Of a stretch of DNA of 64,000 bases, positions 60,408 through 64,000 are shown in pieces. The stretch lies in assembly GCA_963675785.1 (NCBI GenBank), contig OY776562.1:2080001-2144000 (forward strand), in the 5' to 3' direction. The notes beneath the pieces were generated by a model that made no database searches, was not told where the DNA came from, and saw only the letters and a program-made list of their open reading frames with translations. The stretch is from Anaerolineae bacterium. Its GTDB lineage: Bacteria > Chloroflexota > Anaerolineae > UBA1429. Numbering within the stretch: the stretch's first letter is position 1; the number at the start of each line of letters is the position of its first letter. The position numbers were made by a program, and so were the translations under genes.

Positions 60408-61334
60408 ATGACTAATTGGCCGAATTTCGTGACAATTGACTCACATCGTCCCTCTGACGCTAGCCGCAAGCTATACCACGCAGCCAGCGCTATTGCCATT
60501 GGCGGAAACCTCGTGCTCATCGGCATCAAAGCGGTTGCAGCCGTCATAAGTTCCAGTAGCGCCATCTATGCCGATGCCGCAAATTCAGCCTCTGATGTAG
60601 TATACAGCCTTTTCATGGCGCTGGGGTTGACACTTTCACTGCGTCCGCCCGATTCGGGCCATCCGCACGGACACCAACGCGCTGAATCTCTGGTAGGCGT
60701 GGTCATCGCCATGGCCATGGGCATTGCCGGTTATGCAGCAGCACATGAAGGCATCGCGGCCTTTAGTTCGCCCGTCCCAACGATGAGCGTCTGGGCTATT
60801 GTCGTGCTCCTCGCCACAGCAGTCATCAAAACGGCTATGTACATTGGCTCTCGTCGACTCGCCCGAGAGGCACACAGCAGCACGCTGCACGCTGCCGCCG
60901 TTGATAACCTCTCAGATATTATCACCTCATCAGCAGCTCTGGCAGGATATCTGGCCAGTCAGTACATTTGGCCACAGCTTGACGGCATTGCGGCTCTTGC
61001 TGTTTCAGCCTGGATATTCAAGAACGCTATCCAGATTGCCATAGAGAATCTTGGCCATCTGGTCGGTTCAGGTGTTTCGGAAGAAACCCTCGAATCCATG
61101 GCTGAAATCGTCTTGCAGATTCCCGGCGTAGTAGCAGTCGAGCGATTGGTCGCTGAACATGCCGGACCGCGCGTCATCCTCGATGTACACATTCTGGCGG
61201 CTGGCGACATGCCTTTAAGGGAAGTTCATGCTCTCAGCCACCGCGTGCGAAAAGCCCTTGAGCAATGTGAGATTGTGGAACATGCCTGGGTTCACGTAGA
61301 ACCCACTGACATGCCCCTGGATGCCTCATACTAG
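60408..61334 (+). CDS. Cation diffusion facilitator (FieF-like)
   Basis: ADAANSASD, PPDSGHPHGH, DNLSD, HAWVHVEP. Confidence 0.9.
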   Translation: MTNWPNFVTIDSHRPSDASRKLYHAASAIAIGGNLVLIGIKAVAAVISSSSAIYADAANSASDVVYSLFMALGLTLSLRPPDSGHPHGHQRAESLVGVVIAMAMGIAGYAAAHEGIAAFSSPVPTMSVWAIVVLLATAVIKTAMYIGSRRLAREAHSSTLHAAAVDNLSDIITSSAALAGYLASQYIWPQLDGIAALAVSAWIFKNAIQIAIENLGHLVGSGVSEETLESMAEIVLQIPGVVAVERLVAEHAGPRVILDVHILAAGDMPLREVHALSHRVRKALEQCEIVEHAWVHVEPTDMPLDASY

Positions 61335-61961
61335 TAGCTCTTTGACCTTTTCTGCCAAAGCCTTGCCCAGTGCCGCATGCCCTTCAGCCTCAAAGTGAAT
61401 GCCATCCTTTTCGCTGCTGATCAACACAGAGCCGGCGTCGAAATAGGCGCAGCCCTGCTCTCTGGCCACACGATGGTACTCGGCCGCAAATCGCGCCGAT
61501 TTTTCACCTGCCCCGGCAAACATATCGCTATAGCTCGTCAGACGGACCGTGGGTGGTGGGGCTACTAGCAAAACCATTGGGTCGCCGTCATTACGACCGG
61601 TACCACTGCGCATAGTCATCCTGGCTAAAATGCCTGCTCCAGCGGCGATATCCGTGGGCGGAGCGCTAAAGCGCTGTTTAAGATCATTGGTGCCCAACAT
61701 AATGATGACCAGATCCAGTGGTTTTTGCGACTCTAGACAGGGCTCCAAGTAGGTTTTGCCGTTCTTTAGGCATCCGATGGGATCATCCCATACCGTCGTG
61801 CGACCGTTGAGTCCCTCTTCGATGACACGATAGTTACTACCCAATTCAGCCTGCAGCACACCTGTCCAGCGTACATCATCGGCATAACGCCCCTGCGTCG
61901 AAGGGTTATACCCCCAAGTATTGGAATCGCCATAACATAGAATGCGATAAACCACGCTCAA
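61326..61961 (-). CDS. SGNH/GDSL hydrolase (arylesterase-like)
   Basis: GDSNTWG, EEGLNGRT, MLGTND, DGIH; start may be GTG 61955. Confidence 0.92.
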   Translation of the reverse strand: MSVVYRILCYGDSNTWGYNPSTQGRYADDVRWTGVLQAELGSNYRVIEEGLNGRTTVWDDPIGCLKNGKTYLEPCLESQKPLDLVIIMLGTNDLKQRFSAPPTDIAAGAGILARMTMRSGTGRNDGDPMVLLVAPPPTVRLTSYSDMFAGAGEKSARFAAEYHRVAREQGCAYFDAGSVLISSEKDGIHFEAEGHAALGKALAEKVKELLV

Positions 61962-62231
61962 CCTCCCAAAACATGCTGACTAGAACTTTTGACGCGCCTA
62001 GCCTAGCACGCTGGAGGCAGATGGTCAACGATTGCAAGGCACAAAAAGGGGTGAGAGATTTACTCTCTCTCACCTGAGAAAGCGTTCTATCATGCTGCCA
62101 AAGCTCCATGGGATTCGTTCATGGTCTGTTCAATTTCCTTGCAGGTCCTATGTAAACTCCTTGATGTATTCACTGACCATTACACCACCAGAATACTGTA
62201 CCCCCCTTAGCTATATCAATGGTGTATAATA

Positions 62232-62265
62232 AAAAAAGAGCCATCTGCTTAACAGATGGCTCTTT
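62232..62265 (-). terminator. Terminator after tRNA-Pro
   Basis: aaagagccatctg/cagatggctcttt stem with a T tract on the minus strand. Confidence 0.85.
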
Positions 62266-62266
62266 G

Positions 62267-62340
62267 TCGGGGCGAGACGATTCGAACGTCCGACCACTTC
62301 AACCCCATTGAAGTGCGCTACCTGACTGCGCTACGCCCCG
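62267..62340 (-). tRNA. tRNA-Pro (GGG), CCA not encoded
   Basis: CGGGGCGTAGCGCAGTCAGGTAGCGCACTTCAATGGGGTTGAAGTGGTCGGACGTTCGAATCGTCTCGCCCCGA; upstream TTGCCT-N17-TATACT. Confidence 0.95.
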
Positions 62341-62463
62341 GACACGAGTGAGAGTATAGCACCAACATGATGAACAGGCAAATGAAAACCGCTCGGTAAC
62401 TTGCTTTTCATGAGCAATTTACAATGTTATAATGCCGACACTGGATGCAAGCAGGCAGGCACA

Positions 62464-63762
62464 ATGGACAAAAGCAACATGGCGCAGCAGAAATCATCAA
62501 CATGGCTTGAGAGAGTCGTGTCTCGTTGCGTCGCCTCCTTGGGCAGCTTGCGCGCCACTGAGCATTTTCCCATTGCAACCAGGCGCGGACTTGTTTTAGG
62601 TGCGCTAAGCCTTGGCCTAACCGGCCTGATCTTGGGTATCCTCCTAGGAAGTGCCAATCGAGGTCTTGTGGGAGCATTTGTCGGTGCCGTCAGTGCAGCA
62701 GCATTGGGCATTCTTGGCGGAGCGCTTATCGGGGGCATTCTGGGACGAACCCTGTTCCCCACAGAAGATGATGTGGATGTCTCTATCGAATTTGAACGCC
62801 CCGAACGCCTTTATGCAGCTGGCGATCTCATACGCGGCTACATTGCCGTCAAAGGCAGCAAAAAAATAAGACTGTTGGGCGGGACTACTTGCCTCTGGGG
62901 ACGACGTTTTTACACTTATGACACCCTGGTTGACGAAGAAAGTGCTGCACGCGACATGGTGCAGGAACCCTACGAGCTTCACCTGGAACACACCCGCTCT
63001 ATCCCCGAAAGAAAACTCGGACGTAACGTGCTGCTTCGCTATCCCTTTGAGTTTCGTATCCCCCAGGATGCTGCACCCAGCCAGCACGGCCAGATCGTCT
63101 CCATCCGCTGGCAGGTACTGGCCGAAATTGAACTACCCTATCTATCGTCGCTTATTGCACGTAGTGAAGTGTTTATCAGTGCTCCCCCACCCGCCGTACC
63201 GGATGTGGTCAGCCAGTATCGATCGCTAACCTCCGCCGAACCCTGCCAACTACTGCTCTCTATGCCTAGGGTAGAATTCTGGCCGGGCGAGACGATAGAC
63301 GCGAATATAAGGCTAGCATCCAGACGCTCTTTTGCGGCCACCAGCATTCGCGCAGTGCTATACAGAGTCGAGCACATTGCTCAGGGTGACCCCCATGTGA
63401 TCTATGTCTCAGAATGGGATCTCGCCAGCGGCCGCTTTGAAGGGCAACGCTGGCCTGCACAAGAAGGCACAACCTATATCTGGCTGGAGGATGAGTTCGT
63501 CCTCGGTGAAGAACTGGCCATCGACGACCAAGAAATGCTCATCTATGCTTTTTCCTTGCATATACCCGAACGATTCTGCCCCACAGTCCGCGGCGTGCCC
63601 TCTGTTACGTGGAAACTGGGCGTCATTGTCGAACAACCCTCAGGAGAGGCAAACGTACGCGTCTTTCACGAAGTAATCGTCTCAACCTGGCTTGATAGCC
63701 TCATCAAGCCCGAAAAACCTGCTTCTCAGCCCCAAATTACCCTCCGCAGGGTATCTCGATAG
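62464..63762 (+). CDS. Membrane-anchored protein with tandem arrestin/Spo0M-like beta-sandwich domains
   Basis: Gly-rich TM hairpin; YAAGDLIRG..YPFEFRIP..SIRWQV; FWPGETI..YAFSLHIP..VTWKL. Confidence 0.6.
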   Translation: MDKSNMAQQKSSTWLERVVSRCVASLGSLRATEHFPIATRRGLVLGALSLGLTGLILGILLGSANRGLVGAFVGAVSAAALGILGGALIGGILGRTLFPTEDDVDVSIEFERPERLYAAGDLIRGYIAVKGSKKIRLLGGTTCLWGRRFYTYDTLVDEESAARDMVQEPYELHLEHTRSIPERKLGRNVLLRYPFEFRIPQDAAPSQHGQIVSIRWQVLAEIELPYLSSLIARSEVFISAPPPAVPDVVSQYRSLTSAEPCQLLLSMPRVEFWPGETIDANIRLASRRSFAATSIRAVLYRVEHIAQGDPHVIYVSEWDLASGRFEGQRWPAQEGTTYIWLEDEFVLGEELAIDDQEMLIYAFSLHIPERFCPTVRGVPSVTWKLGVIVEQPSGEANVRVFHEVIVSTWLDSLIKPEKPASQPQITLRRVSR

Positions 63763-63768
63763 CCTTGC

Positions 63769-63797
63769 TTGACGCTCTCTCCGTTCAGCGTTACAAT
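63769..63797 (+). promoter_or_regulatory. Sigma70 promoter of ffh
   Basis: TTGACG-N17-TACAAT. Confidence 0.7.
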
Positions 63798-63835
63798 ATC
63801 CTGCATTTTGCAGTTATGGCTGACAGGATAGGTTG

Positions 63836-64000
63836 ATGTTCGAAGCACTCTCCGAACGACTTGAAAAAACCTTTCGCGATCTCTCTGGTAAGGGGCGTCT
63901 CTCTGAAGAAGATGTCTCGCGGGGACTTCGCGAAGTTCGTATGGCTCTGCTTGAAGCAGACGTCAACTATAAGGTTGTCCGAGAATTCATTAACAAGGTG
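63836..64000 (+). CDS. ffh: Signal recognition particle protein Ffh, N-terminus (truncated by the window end)
   Basis: MFEALSERLEKTFRDLSGKGRLSEEDV..LREVRMALLEADVNYKVVREFINKV. Confidence 0.95.
   Translation, partial: MFEALSERLEKTFRDLSGKGRLSEEDVSRGLREVRMALLEADVNYKVVREFINKV

Noticed and set aside
61965-62266. Genomic island integrated at the tRNA-Pro 3' end
   Set aside because: The tRNA is followed directly by its terminator. I found no integrase and no duplicated tRNA 3' end in the window.
1-64000. CRISPR array, transposase, integrase or prophage genes
   Set aside because: I saw no regularly spaced repeats and no ORF with DDE, tyrosine/serine recombinase or phage structural motifs.

Overview
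Mostly core-genome DNA of a bacterium that looks like Chloroflexota (probably Anaerolineae-like); this is inferred from gene content and synteny and is not confirmed. There are about 55 CDS, including housekeeping genes (an EF-G paralogue, deoB, thiI, secDF, truD, tatBC, nusB, rpmF, coaD, recG, fakA/degV, rpmB, rpe, rlmN, a group-2 sigma factor, recD2, scpA, malQ and the start of ffh). The window also holds a SigW-like ECF/anti-sigma module with its own promoter, tRNA-Pro(GGG), and a small mosaic region at about 18.6-22.3 kb. I found no transposase, integrase, prophage or CRISPR array. Main signals: (1) a lipoprotein split in the ORF track by an in-frame TGA (45878) and followed by a SECIS-like hairpin, i.e. 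a probable UshA-fold selenoprotein with an atypical S-G-U-x-x-x-C motif and lost metal ligands; (2) a single-ORF fusion of a PadR regulator with a GH57 branching enzyme, with a palindromic operator at its own RBS and a GntR/LacI regulator downstream; (3) a structured, terminator-containing leader RNA upstream of the sigma factor; (4) a DegV that has lost its fatty-acid-binding motifs; (5) a low-GC gene flanked by a 100-bp duplication of an amidohydrolase 3' end; (6) a probable ATT start codon for scpA. All calls come from reading motifs by eye; no searches were run.
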